Shown here one piece after another: positions 49,868 to 63,880 of a stretch of DNA of 64,000 nucleotides (position 1 is the stretch's first letter; each line of letters starts with the position of its first letter). The position numbers and the translations under genes are program-made. A model generated the notes under the pieces. It had not been told where the DNA came from. It did no database searches and saw nothing but the letters and a program-made list of their open reading frames with translations. Location of the stretch: assembly GCF_037042905.1 (NCBI RefSeq), contig NC_087246.1, forward strand, positions 3,474,001 through 3,538,000. Direction: 5' to 3'. Origin of the DNA: Lytechinus pictus. Lineage: Eukaryota.

Positions 49868-50679
49868 TCTGTCTAAGCATGCTAAGGTCTAGTCAGACAG
49901 TACGTTAGTGAGCCAACCACATATCGACTTTGTTGTTGTTGTTGTTCGTTTTGGGCCTGTTTCACGCCCTAGTAGTCTCCTCGGTAGACACTTGGTATCG
50001 ACCACCTATCCACCATATCGACCACCTCTTTTGAAACCGACCACTTTCCCGCGTATTAAGATTATTGTGTTTACAAACGCTGTACATGCGGAAGAGTAGG
50101 CAGTAGAGGCACCGGTACAAAAATTGGGATTGTCCCAGAAAACAAGGACTCCTCATAAATCAAGACAATTCATGTCTTGAAAAATTGAGAGTGTCCTTGT
50201 TTATGGGGACAGTTTTTTTTCCACTTACCCCTGTGGGACACAGGCATTAATTAAACGGATTGAGAGTGCTAGAAATAGACTCAGTGACCTCAATTCCCCC
50301 AGTTCACCGTCCCATTTCTCACAACTTGCCGTCTTCCAATCTTGTTATGAAATGCAGTATGTTGACATCGACTAGCGCGCACTTGATTGGTGTCGACACT
50401 TGACAGGTGAATGAACTTTCCTAGATTTCCTGTGTGGAGAAATCTTTGAAAACTGAGACAGTCCCTGTAAATTGGGACGATCCCAATTTTCTGACCGGCG
50501 CCTGTACTTGTAGGCTTGGTGTCCATAGGAATGATAAGATTAAGAATCATTTCACAAAAGAAAAAGAGGAATGAAAAGGTAAAAATTATTGCTTAGCTTT
50601 AGAATCCAAGGCTTACCTTAAGATCCAATGTCATGAATCGATAACAAAATTCTTCGGGTTTGAAAAAGAGAAAATATGT

Positions 50680-51480
50680 TGGCGGGGCCAACGACCTACG
50701 ATGAGAAGATTTGATATAAAGTTACGCATGCGCACCTGGATTGGCATGCATCATTATTTTTAAGGCATGCATAGATGCGTTGGTGACAAATACTTATAAG
50801 TGAGGTCTGCTTGTTCGTTGGTCAGAAATAGAAGTGTATACTTGTCTGTTGGTAACATTTTTTTAGCAAATGAGTTATTGATAGCTGGATGGAATAAACT
50901 CCCTGAAGAAGCCATCAAATTGTCCACACTCAACTTTAAACAGAGACTATCAAAATTAAGTTATTAATGGGCTACAAAGCCCCCCAACCCTGCCACACTA
51001 ATATCTACCTACATGTACGTGAAGATGGAAGTGTGGCGCTTCAAGGTGTGTTCAAGGTATGTACCTGGGTCATAGCATGGACCTAAAAGATAGTGTTGGT
51101 GCATTGTTCGTTGGTGATTAATATGAGGTCCGTTGGTTCATTGGTCAGAAATTATTGTACGTCTGGCCCTAGCCAGGTCCGTTGGTCGTAGCAGACTTTA
51201 AAAATGTAGAAGATAAATAGCGTTGTTCGTTGGTGACAATATAAGTGAGGTCCGTTGGTTTGTTGGTCAGAAATGGAAGTGTAGGTCTGTTGGGCATAGC
51301 ATGGACTTCGAAGATACATGTAGATAGCATTGGTCGTTGGTAACAAATATAAGTGAGGACCGTTGGTCAGAAATAGAAGTGTAGGTCCGTCGATACGTTG
51401 GTCATAGCATGGACTCAGTAGATAGCGTTGGTCAGAAATATATATGCGTTGGTCCATTGGTTTGAAATAGATGCGTTGTG
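50680..51480. repeat. Degenerate tandem repeat rich in gttggtc motifs (transposon subterminal-type array)
   Basis: Recurrent ggtccgttggtcagaaatagaagtgta and catagcatggac units. Confidence 0.7.
50857..51060 (+). mobile_element. 5'-truncated LINE (CR1/L2-like) 3' end
   Basis: Degenerate FFS..VI..WNKLPEEAI...FKQRL (ORF2 C-terminus) followed by a ttcaaggt repeat tail. Confidence 0.6.
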
Positions 51481-51959
51481 TTTGTTAATAGGCAGGTAGG
51501 CCCGTTAGTTCAAAGGGTATAACTATAAGGTAGATATTGGATAAAATTGGTTGCGAGATGGCGATGTGTAAAAAGAATGTTGTGTTGAGTGTGATGCTTT
51601 GTTCTGACACTACAGTTAGTATCCATGCTCTCATACATGTAATCGATTATGACATTGGATTGTAATGTTACTCCAGAATTTCGTATAGATCTAGATCTAG
51701 TTTATCAAAAGTCCAGACTCGAACTCCGCAGCAAAACAGTTGTTCATACCACAAAATCCAATAGGAAATCCAAATGGCTTTAGAACAAATTTCCGTCGTC
51801 AATCGTCGAATAATGCGCTGGAGCTCACAGTGGAACTAGTGAGACAATTATTTAACATGGTGACATCATAGAACTGATTTTTTAGAAGAGTCAAAACATT
51901 TCGCTAGTGTGACAAGAATCAGCTGTATGATAGGTGTATAGCAGGTGGTCGGTCCTTAA

Positions 51960-52568
51960 AGGGATGGTCCAGGCTGGAAATATTTATAACTCAATAAATA
52001 GAGTAAAATTCAGAGAGCAAAATGCTGAAAATTTCATCGAAATCGGATAACAAATAAAGTTATTGAATTTTAAAGATTTGCATTATTCCGGTGAAACAGT
52101 TCTAGGCATTTCCTTATGAATATTCATTAGGTGGGCTGATGATGTCATATCCCCACTTGTTCTTTTGTATTATATGAAATCAGGTTTATTAAAAAAAATT
52201 CTACCAAGAACTAAAACAATGGGATTGACAACTTATTAAGTGCATTCGTTATTTATTGCAGCAACTTATTTCATTATAATGGAGACCCATCATTTACACA
52301 TACAGTGTATGAAAAAATGAAACATTTATGATTTCATGTAATAACACAAGAAAAAGGAAACTGGAGATGTGACATCATCAGCCCACCTAATGAATATTCA
52401 TGATGATGTGCATATACACGTAACTGTTTTCACAAAATATTGATAAACTTTAAAATTTAATATTAACTTTGTTATTTGTCATCCAATTTTGATGAAATTT
52501 TCAGCATTTTGCTTTGTGAATTTTACTCTATTATTTCGATATAAATATTTTTAGCCCGGACCATCCCT
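51960..52568. mobile_element. Kolobok-type MITE with TTAA TSD
   Basis: TTAA|AGGGATGGTCCAGGCT ... AGCCCGGACCATCCCT|TTAA. Confidence 0.88.
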
Positions 52569-53811
52569 TTAAAGAAGGGTGCAAATGAGCATATTTGAAA
52601 TAGGTCATCCGTTGGTCGCCAATATCAACATGCGTAGAATCTTGGTCGTGTATCTAATTATGGGATTCTGATCTGCTCAATTTTCTGCACAGATGAGACG
52701 AAAACTAGGTAAAACTGATAAATAGTTCTCTAGATATGATGCTTAGAAAATGAGGTGGTCGATAGGGGTAGGTCCAACCATAGGCCTACTCAGTCTCATA
52801 TCTGCGCACCTGAAAAACTTTCTTAACATGAATTTCACAGGCCTACAACAAAAATTTTCAGTTGATAATGTTCCTTAGCCAATTCTTAAGACTTGCACAA
52901 GCAGATGATGGAGCAAAGATCGTTTGAATTTTCCATGTTTGGCGGGGCGCAAAATAAACCTTGCTTTCATTAACAATATTTCTGATTATGACCATAGAAC
53001 AATATTGAATCGTATATAGAGCTTGATGTGAAACATTTGTATTTCATTTCCACTTTTAATGACGGACATCACAAATTTGTGATGGATTGAAGAGCTGCAC
53101 TTGTCTAAAAAAATTATATCATGTCAGGCACTAATGCAGTTTTGCTCCGGCTCATGTTGCGGTGATGTTTTACTGTGAGCTGTGCTGCACTCAGTGGCTG
53201 CGCTGGCGTAGCTTAGCTTGTGAAATATGTTCACGTTTATAGCTGTCGGGCTGCGATGCATTTAATATATCATAGTAGTAGTTTTCAAGTGAGTTTTTAT
53301 GAAATAAATTAAAAATTATGAAAAGGATTTGATAAACTTCATCCTATTCAATATGAACAACAAAATTTTAATTTAATACACGAGATGCAAACAATAAACA
53401 TCAAATGAACAACAATAAATTAATGATTATACAATGAAAAAAATAAATCGCAATTAAATAAACAATGTTAAACATTAGATGAATTGGTGAACAAGCAGGA
53501 CAAACTGCAATGCAAAACCATGCGCTGAATCATGAAAAAAAAGAATGACTCAAAAACTGAAAATGGCTCTGGTAAAACGGGGTTCTCAGCCCATCAGGGA
53601 AGTAAGGTAAAATAATTTTACTTTTTCCAGTCAGGGAAAAATCAGGGAATTTGTCAAAAAATACCTCGAATCAGGGAAAATGCGTCAAATTAGGGAAAAA
53701 TCAGGGAAATTTAATTGGCCCAAAAGTCAAAAGCATGGTAGTCAGTCAGACTCTGTTATATTTTGTTGCATATCAAAACATCTTGATGTGTTGAAGTAAT
53801 TACCCATGTGC

Positions 53812-53946
53812 CAGGGTGTGATTCACTAACGGCTACAATCAATCCCAACTGGGATAATATCATTTTTTAGCATCAATAGCCATGTTATATCCCAATAGGT
53901 TCATACATGTAGATGGGATTGATTTTTGTTAGTGAATCACCCCCTG
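53812..53946. mobile_element. Short MITE
   Basis: cagggtgtgattcactaac ... gttagtgaatcacccccctg. Confidence 0.75.
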
Positions 53947-56900
53947 ATTTTTTAAAACATGTTTTATTACACATAATAGACATCCAATTACAAATGGTAG
54001 GCTGTAGTATTGCATTACATGATTCCCCCCCCCCCCCCCCCAGCTGAATCCTGTGTATGTACATGTTCCAATTAACTCCAGAGGCCCACTTGACATTTGT
54101 GAGCTCACAGTACAAAAAATGGACAACAAAATGGTATATACATGTAGTTAACCTTACTTTGTAGCTTGTTATAATTGTCCTTTATTATAACAAAAAAAAA
54201 AATGGCCAACTTTATGTACAAACTTCTCTGAGATAGAAAAATATGTATATAATAAAGGGGAAAAATACTCAAAAGTTGAAAAATGAACATTGCTCTTGAG
54301 AGGCTTGAAGCATGTGTGATTTCTACAATGTGGTGGATGGCAGTTGCTAATAGCAACTTTAACTAGAAGGTAGATTTGCATAAATATATAAATATCCATT
54401 GGAATAAAATTATGTTTCAACTAACCCCTTGTTCCAACTAACCCCACTCTCCCCTATTACCTTCACCCTTGCCACTGTAACAAGCCAGCATTTGCTGAGG
54501 CAGGACAGTACCAGAACAATTTATATTAAAGATAAATTCCAGTTGTGGGAACGATCTCAAAATGACTTTTTACAGAATTTAATATAATGATCACCAAAGT
54601 GTCTGTTTGTATGAATAAAAAATATGTGCCAAAGGATTCTGGAAGAAATTGTGTAATTGCTGAGAAATAATCAAAATAAGCGCGGATTCGGTCACTTTCG
54701 TCAGGTCTTTATTCCAGCAATAATGATACACTGTCCCACGTGTGCCTATCTGTGTTGGCGATCTTCAGTGTGATCATTTTTTAACTAGATATTATGATTT
54801 CACAAAGTTCAGTTTATGTCACTGTACCAGATCTAGATCCACGATGATATATCAATACTTTACCTTGGTTTTACAGACTTTCTCACGAAATCAGTGTTTT
54901 ACTGCAACTACGTTCATTTTCTGTAATTGAGGTATCAAATTAAAGAGCAGATATTGAACTTTTTAAAAATGTGGTTTTCTTTTTAAAACCCAGATACGGC
55001 CCGCCAAGTGACTTTTTGGTATCCCCTTTTCAAATTGTTTTTGCTCACTCATGCGTGAATGAGAAATAATCTAAGTAATTTCAGATGAAAGAGGAGATTC
55101 TAAGCTTTAAAATGGTAGGTCATTTGTCTATTGTATTTGCGATTAAGTTATGATAAATCATCGATAAATCTTGGTTTCGTTTTTTTGTGGGACGCACTGT
55201 CTATCAAATTAAAGGAGAAAATAAGAAGAACATAATGGTATACTTTATCATGGAGACCGATGGAAGTCAATTAATTGATAGTTTAAGAGTTCTCTCTCTG
55301 AACATTTTTTTTTTGCTTGTGTCAAATTTTTCGCGTACGAAAAAACCATAATTTTTGGTTGAAAACCTTTTTTTTTTTTCCTTGTCAATTTTTTTTGGGT
55401 ACGAAATATCCTTTATTTGTGGTTGAAGACCTTTTTTTTAATATAAAAATATAGTTAGTGAGACTTATTATTTTTTCAATTACAATAAAACCTTTGTTGA
55501 AGCAAAAGTTGAGGTAAATTAAAATTAGATGTAAAAGGTCATCCACAACATGCATAGCTCGCATGCAATTGGCTGAGAGAGTTATGCACATGCTGCACAG
55601 CTTTCAATCAGCAAGGCGAGCAAGCTAGTCCTATGTTGCGTCCCAATCAAAATCAAGTTGTGACCAATAACACTATATACATGTGCCTGGTAGTTCATTC
55701 TGAACTACCAAACTAAGCCTTTGTGTTCGGTTTTCTTGTTCGGAATTTCTGTTTGGTTCGGCGGTTCAACCACAGCTCTAATATTAATATGGGCATTTCA
55801 GAAGGTGAAAAAAGTATATTTGTAATATTACATTGTTAGTTATGAGAAAGAATTTGTCTCGTTTATTTTCTTGAATTAAATAAAAAACGATTTCGATCGA
55901 TTACAGCCATACTTATTCAACCACACTTGTACACCGAGTTTAGCTTCAAATGTCAAATCATGTTTATAAAAGTTTTGAAATTGATAACAATTTAATCAAA
56001 GATGAGGTTGTCAAAGATTTCATAACTACATTTTAAAAATATTTTGTGTGGAATTCTTATTGTGCATAATCACTAACCAATGAAAAAAATTATTTTTACC
56101 TAAATTTGTAAAGTCTTTTCCTAAAGTATTAATACACAATTCTTGGAAAAATTAATGTGCCTGGAATTTTCATACCGAACCAAGCCACTGTATTCGGTTC
56201 AGTTCGGTTTTGCTACAGCACTAATCACGTGCATACAGAGTGCCAATCAATGAACAATCAACTTTTTCAAATATTAATGATCTTACACCTGAAGACCGGG
56301 ATTCTTTATTGTTATTCAGTATTAAATGATAATACTAATGACGGATAAACCAATTATATATTGCCTTCGATCCATCCATGGTTCCCTTAGTGATGCGAAT
56401 CAAACCATTTTCCTTCGGGGCTGTGCCCATCAGGAAAACAGTCGCATTCCGGCAAACCATACTTCTAACCACCAACTCTTGCGGCCGTACATATTTGATC
56501 AGTATAATTTTTTATGGCTGTTATCGATAACGGCTTTATCGATAGTCTTGTCGATAATCATTTGTTTTTTGCCACTTAGCGATATCGATAACGTTTCTCT
56601 CGTTGTCGATAATACCCACTATTATGTAGGGACACAATGATTTTCCTTGATTTCAAGGAATTCACGTAAATGGCCTTTTGAAAGTGGCTTTTCAAATGGA
56701 AAATCATGGAAAACATATTTTTCCTCAAACTGCACAGAATAGCAACAGAAATTGCTCCAAAATCTCAACAAAATACGAATACTTACTAGCCACAAAACAC
56801 GATCTCACCCCCACTTCGCTATAATCATGACATTCTAAACATCATGACTGCACTCCACTCCATTTCGATCGAATTGAAAACATCACAAGTGCAAAGCTCA

Positions 56901-57115
56901 ATTTTAGAGAAGTACCAACTAAAGTAATCGTAGAAGGTAGCAACCGGCCCTGTGTTGCTGCCCTCTACATTCAAAGATGTACAGCTTGATATCAAAATGG
57001 TGGATAGGCGAAAGACGTTGACTGCTCAGAATGATGTCCAGAAAGCCCCAAAATTAATGATAAAACTTCAACCCTAAAATAATGCTAATAACGTGAAAGA
57101 TGAGGATGTATTTAT

Positions 57116-59108
57116 TAATGTTGTAACCCGCACCCGTTGCGGTACGGGTTAACCTGCCGGTATGCCCCCGATCGCGGGTTGCGGGCCGGGCCGAGTTCAT
57201 TCTCAAACCCGCAGACCGTCATGCGAAAAAAAAGGGAGAAGTAACGACGCATAATAAAAACATTAACAATGAAAATTGAGTTAGGATCATGTGCTTCTTA
57301 CGTGGCGGATTCTTTTAGAGACGTAGATATTTCCTTTTAAAAAAATGCTGGCGTATTTTTGTCTTGTGAACAGTGAACAGGACTGAGACAGTTCGACATA
57401 AATACATCAGTTGCTCTTTCGAAGAAGGAGCGCGCGCCAGTGCAGCGCAGCACAGTAGTCGATCTAGTCAAAAGCAATCGCATAGGCCAATGAAACTCGA
57501 TGTCGAGTTTCCCGTCCCATTTTTTCCAGCTCATAATGAGGATTTCATTATTCATTATTTTCCAGAAGATGAAAGTTTGACCTTTTGTAACCTTTGAACG
57601 CACTTTTATTCTGTGGAACTGTCTTGAAGCCAGGGAGCAAATCAATCATTTTTTTTTCGGGGGTTCCATTTTCATTTTTTATAATATTTCAGGGTCTCCA
57701 TTTCTACCGTTTTGGAGGCTACTTTTTTCATTTCGGGGGCTCTTTTCAAATACGTTTTTGTATTTTGAGGAATCCCTGTTCACTTATTAAATTAATTATT
57801 ACTTATTGTTTAATATTGCATGATTTTAAAGTTATTTTTTTCATGCTTAGAATCTTGGATGTGGGTGTGTTTGTGTGGGTGTGACTATGAGTTGAACTTG
57901 GATATAAATGAATTCAATATCTAATTTCTACTCCATCTAATTCCAGTACTTGGCCATGTAATAAAGGCCCACATACCCTAACTTTTCCTGATGTTCTTTG
58001 AAAACGCAGATCTCCACGAAAATTGCATTTCTCTATGGGGGAGTCTAAATTTGGTGAGAATGAACTCATTAATAACTTAAATATACATGACAATGAAGAA
58101 ATCATCTAACTTTATTGGCAGTTTTGAATAATATTCCCGAAATATAAACTCTGTCTGAAACATAAAATCACCATTATTGAGGCCTTTACAGAGCGAATTG
58201 TCCCCCAGAGCTCTGGCAGAGAGACAGAGCTCAGACTGGCTAGCTAGTACAAGCGCCAATGCGTACGTGCGTGAGCCTCCCGTCGGCCTTGTAAAACAGA
58301 TTGAGTTTTGTTTGATGATTTTTTTTGTCTGATATGCCGTATGACAACTCACCAATGCGAGGTTACTAGACTGTGGGATTTATTGAGGTAGCTCGACCAA
58401 ACCTCGAGCGATGTTCGTGCAGGCTCCACTCCACTTCACTACCGCTACATCGGGTAGGTAGAGCATAGTGTAGCAGAAGTGAAGTTGATTGGAGCCTGCA
58501 CGAACATCGCTCGAGGTGTGGTTGAGCATGCAGTGTCATTCCATTCACAAGAAAAAAACAAGAAAAGAATTACAGGTATTTACATGATATACAAGTAATT
58601 GTGACTGAAAAGCTTATATTAATGTTTTATATCAGTTCTGAATCTAGATCTATGTCAAAATAGTAAAATAATGAATTATTTTCAGAATTTGATTTTTAAA
58701 CGCGGTCCAAATTTCATAACTCGGGCGGGCGACGGGAAACTGAACATCGAATTTGCTGGGCAGCCTGGGCTACATGTAGCTAGCGCGCGCTGAGCTGCGG
58801 CTCCAATCCGAGGAGTTAATTGCGCAATGCTTTCGATTACGAGATCAGAGCCGACCCATTTCGGGTACAAAGTAACCCCAAAAACATTTTCTCTCCGGAA
58901 TAAAAGGCGAATTTGCAAATTGTAGTAGTTGGCATATATTTTCGTGATTTGAGCCTGTATAGTGTGGGGATTGCAGAAATAATTTTCATTTTTCAAAGAT
59001 AAATTTACTTGCGGGTTAAAACCCGACGGGTCAGCGGGTCCCGCTTGCAAATTATTGGATTATACGGGACGGTACGGTTCGGGTTTTCACTTGCGGGTTA
59101 CAACATTA
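57116..59108. mobile_element. hAT (Ac-like) non-autonomous element with perfect 17-bp TIR and 8-bp TSD gtatttat
   Basis: TAATGTTGTAACCCGCA ... TGCGGGTTACAACATTA; acccg/cgggt subterminal motifs. Confidence 0.92.
58391..58527. repeat. GC-rich hairpin with perfect 28-bp stem
   Basis: 58401-58428 pairs with 58490-58517; extended by further partial pairing. Confidence 0.9.
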
Positions 59109-60005
59109 GTATTTATGTTAAGAGATGTTATGTAATCATTTACTTATGATGAACGTAGATTTTAAAACATTCTTGGTACAGTGGCAGATACAAATTTTGA
59201 CCAACGTGAGTATGAGACATCGCTGTAATGGATAAAAAAAGCATATTTTTTATGTTCTTCTGTCGATAGTTATCGATATATGTAAGATATCTTAGCGTGA
59301 TATTGACAGAATTTTCTTAACTTTAACAGCCCTTTAATTTTCACATGATACTTTTATAATATACAAACCTTGGTCAACGAAGAGTACATATAGTTATGAA
59401 ATAATTTTCTTGCAGTCATTTTGTTCTGTTTGTTTTTTCGCATTTATGCTGTTAAGTGTTGACGCCCTCTACATTCACATTCATTCGATTGCTTCAATTG
59501 TTCATTTGCTTTATTTCATACCGTAACAGCCTATAAACCTCACCCATGGATTAACCGCACCCCCAACTTTGGACAAAAAAAAAAAATAATCACATTCTCT
59601 TTCTAAATCCTTCTCACATTTACATGCATATTTGAGGTACCAAGAAACAAAAACTAAGTTATAAAGATTTCAAAGTATCAAAAGAGATAACCGATAAATG
59701 GAAATCTGCTGTTCTTGATCAATTCATCTACAAATGATAGGAAGAAAGGTTCAACATTATTGGCCACTTACACACTCACCTCACAGTGTACACAAACAGT
59801 ATGCACTGACGTTCTTGTACATTGCAAAGTACGATACGGTACTGGTACCGGTACATCACATCACGATATCATCATATTATGCTACAGCTACCGTGTCTTT
59901 CCCGGCGTAGGAGAGGAGGAAACATTCACATTTCCCGCATCACAACCTCACTATCACTTTCAGAATTTGTCTAGCATTCAATGTCTTAACATGAATTTTG
60001 GATAT

Positions 60006-63000
60006 TAGTCCAGGATAGAAGAGGCATAACCTTGTGTTTTCATATATACAATATTTTTGTATGGTTCTTGTCAATTCGAGGGTGCTGAATACGAATCTGA
60101 AGGATGCCACTCGTGTAACCTTGAGCATTTTCCGCAAATTGGCAAAATCCAATACGGCCGCCAAGACATGCATATTACCCATTAAAATCATCTAATTGCA
60201 AGCAAATTGGCTATAAAATGAATGTAATTGTGTTGCAGGAGTGAAATACTCTCTGAAAAAAACATTTTCTGACAAATATTTATTTCTTGATATTCAAAAT
60301 GGCCGCCACAGACCTCTGTATACACTATTATGTACAATATAAATAGGGAAAATTAATTTTGTACACAAAAATGATCACTAAACTGCAAGTAATTGTGATC
60401 TATGGACGAAGTAATATATGAAAATCATCAATGCTGACATGATATATCATTTATTATGTAATGTATGGGAAAATTGTATTTAATATTCAAAATAGCATGC
60501 TACTGGCCCAAAAAGTTTCTATGGCAAAGGGGCCAACAAAAATCGCAAGATTAAGCATTAAAATGCATATTATTAAGAGAAACGAAATGGCATACTGACT
60601 AAAAACACAAATGATAACGAAATATATTATTTAATATGCCATGTATGTGATAAATGCTGTATTTTGATATTCAAAATGGCCGCCAAAGGCCCTAACAGTA
60701 TTATGTACAATGAGATTGAGGATGAAAGAAATCACAAGAGTGAGCACTGAAGTGCATTTATTTGTGATGAATAAATGGGATAAAACATAAAAACATAATT
60801 TTTAACGAAATATATCATTCAGGTTTAAAGTTTGTGTTTAATACTGTATTTTGACTTTCAAAATGGCTGCCATAGACATTGATTGTTTTATGTACAATGT
60901 GAACTAGGAAATAAATTTTCACACGAGTGAGCACCATAAATGCACGTAATTGTGATCTATGAGTAAAATTTTGTCTGAAAGCATAATCTCAAACAAGATA
61001 TATTAGTTCTTCTGCCAGGTTGGTTACAAATACTGTATTTTGAAAGTCAAAATGGCCGCTACAGGCCTCAACAGTATTATGTACAATGTGAATGGGGACA
61101 AATGATTTTGATACATTTTTGCTTTGCTTGACTAAATGGTGTTGTATGAGTAAAGTATTGTCTGAAAACATTATTACTAACGAAATATATCATCTAAAAT
61201 TTAGGTGATAAATATTATATTTCAAAATTCAAAATGGCCGCCATATGCCCTTTTGTGAAAATTATCTGTTCTCATTCAAATTGTATATACAGTAATACAA
61301 TAAGGACCCATGGCAGCCATTTTCCATTTCAGAATACAGCATTTATCACCTTAAATGCACCAGACATGATATACCTCGTTAGGAACCATGGTTTTAGACA
61401 ATATTTCACTCTTACGCAATACTTATAGTCAAGCAAAGTCAAATTCTGTCAAAAGCGTATGTCCCAAATTACAATGTACATAATACTTTTAGAACCTTTG
61501 GCAGCCATTTTTATATCAAAGTACAGAATTTATTACCTCCATGACCAATATGTGATGTATCTACTGTATTTAGAAATCATGTTTTGAAGACAATATTTTT
61601 ACTCATACATCGCAGATACATGTACATGCATTTTATTGTTCTCACACTTGTAAAAAGTAGATTCCCTATACGCATGTAACATAATTTAATTAGGGATTGC
61701 ATCAGCTATTTTGAATGTCAAAATACAGTATTTATCACTTACATGGCAGAAGAAATGCTATATTCTATAAAAATCATGTTTTCAAATAATGTTTTATCAT
61801 ACAACAGGATTTTATGGATTTCATAGTTAGGTAAATCAAAATTCTTACAAACCTACATGTCCCCATTTACATAGGTAATAGTGTTAGGGCCTATAGGGGC
61901 CATTTTGAATTTCACAATACAGCATTTATCTCATGCATGACATAAGAAATGATACATGTATGTTTCGCTAGAAAACATGTTTTCACACATTATTTTACTC
62001 CGTGATCACAATTACATGCATTTTGTAGTTCTTACTCTTGTGAAAATTAATTTCTCCAATCGCATCGTACACAATGTATAATGGGCCTATGGCGGCCATT
62101 TTGAATGTCAAAATGCAGCATTGATCACATAAATTGCATTTATCTTTCGTTAAAAATTATGTCTTTAGCCAGTATTCCACTCGCTTATCTTAAATGGGAA
62201 TCCAACCCAAATGAAAACTTGTATTTGTAAGGAAAAGAAAAATCGGACAAGTTGATAGGTGAAAGTTTGAACAATATTGGACAAACAACAAGAAAGTTAT
62301 GAATTTTTAAAAGTTGTAAATATTGGTAATCACTATACCCATGGAGACTTCAAATTGGCCGCATATGGGATGTCATAGTTATGTAAGGCAAGGACTACTC
62401 TTTCATGTACTCCAATACATATTATGGCTAAAATGTCATTTTTCCTATAAGTTTTATTTCAAATTATATTTTTCGTTCATGAGGACATAAAAAAAATATA
62501 CTACCTGGGTTATATTTAGATTACTGCCCCAGTGGAATGGGTACTTAAAAGTAAACCACAAATCCCTGATAATAAAGTACATGGCCTATGGGAAAGTTGT
62601 CCTTGCCCCTTGTCATAATTTACTTCCCCAGTTGCCAATTTGAAATCTACATAGTATTAGTGATCTCAATTTTAAAACAGCTATAACTTTCTTAATGCTT
62701 GTCCGATTTCTTTCAAACTTTCACCATTCTGTTTAATTTATTTTTCTCCTTCCCAACACAACATTTTATGGCCAAGGCTGGATTCCCCTTTAATACTAGT
62801 AATGTGCATTTTAGTATTTACTCTTGTAAATTTATTTTGTCCCCATTATTGTACATAATACTGTCAGGGCATTTGGTGGCTTTTTGAATATTAACATGCT
62901 TCATTTATTACATACATGACATGACAAAATAATGATACATTTCGTTAGTAATCATGTTTTCATCCATTATTTCACAAAAAATCACAATTACTTGCATTTA

Positions 63001-63015
63001 GTGCTCACTTTTGTG
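60006..63015. repeat. Academ-like left end followed by ~188-bp tandem units arranged as an inverted array
   Basis: TAGTCCAGG... start; CAAAATGGCCGCC-like motif at 60295, 60488, 60672, 60859, 61048, 61230 (+) and 61312, 61500, 61702, 61896, 62091, 62875 (-). Confidence 0.75.
62194..62789. mobile_element. Kolobok-type MITE with TTAA TSD, inserted in the 188-bp array
   Basis: TTAA|ATGGGAATCCAACC ... GGCTGGATTCCCCT|TTAA. Confidence 0.82.
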
Positions 63016-63019
63016 AAAT

Positions 63020-63795
63020 TTATCAAAATCTTAACCAAGGTTAAGTTTTTGAAATGTTATATGGACCTAGTTCATAAAACTTAGACATAAGGGTAAAAGT
63101 GTATCACTGAAGATCATGCATGAGTTTCAGGTTACATGATTAAGGTCAAAGGTCACTTAGGGTCAACGAACTTTGGCCATATTGGGGTTATTTGAGGAAT
63201 TGTCATAACTTTAAAATTTTATGGATCTTGTTCATGAAACTTGGACATAAGAGCAACCATGTATCCCTGAATATCATGTGCCAGTTTCAGGTCACATGAC
63301 CAAGGGCAATGGTCATTTAAGGTCAATGAACTTTGGCCATGATGGGGGTATTTGTTGAATTACCATCATAACTTTGATCGTTTATGGATCTGATTCATAA
63401 AACTTGGACATACATGTAAGAGTGATCAAATATCACTGAACATCTCATGCGAGTTTTGGGTCATATGACCGGTCACATAACCAAAGTCAAAGGTCATTTA
63501 AGGTCAATTAACTTTGGCCATTTTGGAGGTAAATATTAGATTGCTGCCATACCTTTCAAAGTTTATAGATATAGTTTATGAAATGTGGATATAGGGGTAA
63601 TCAAGTAGCACTGACAAGTCTTACGTCGCATGATCAAGGTCAAATGTCATTTATTTTCAATGAACATAGTATTGTATCATTATATGAATTGTATTTTTTG
63701 TGAATAATTATGTTAGATAGTATTTTTTTTAAATTAGCGGTGCTTAGATGAATGGTGTGATGCAGGTGAGACTGCCAGAGGCGCTCCACTTAATT
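63020..63795. mobile_element. HINE-like element (3' part) with tandem AGGTCAAAGGTCA-type repeats
   Basis: Homologous to 8771-9550; ends gcaggtgagactgccagaggcgctccactt. Confidence 0.75.
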
Positions 63796-63880
63796 TGTAA
63801 TAATCTTTTTTTCTGGTATGCACTGTATAACTTTTGTATTTATCTGTTAAAGCAGTATAAATCTTTTTTTTCTTTTGCAG

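Noticed and set aside
52693..52708. Micro-exon in 14-3-3 intron 1 (cag|atgagacgaaaactag|gt)
   Set aside because: 16 nt would frameshift the protein, and the flanking exons already join without a gap.
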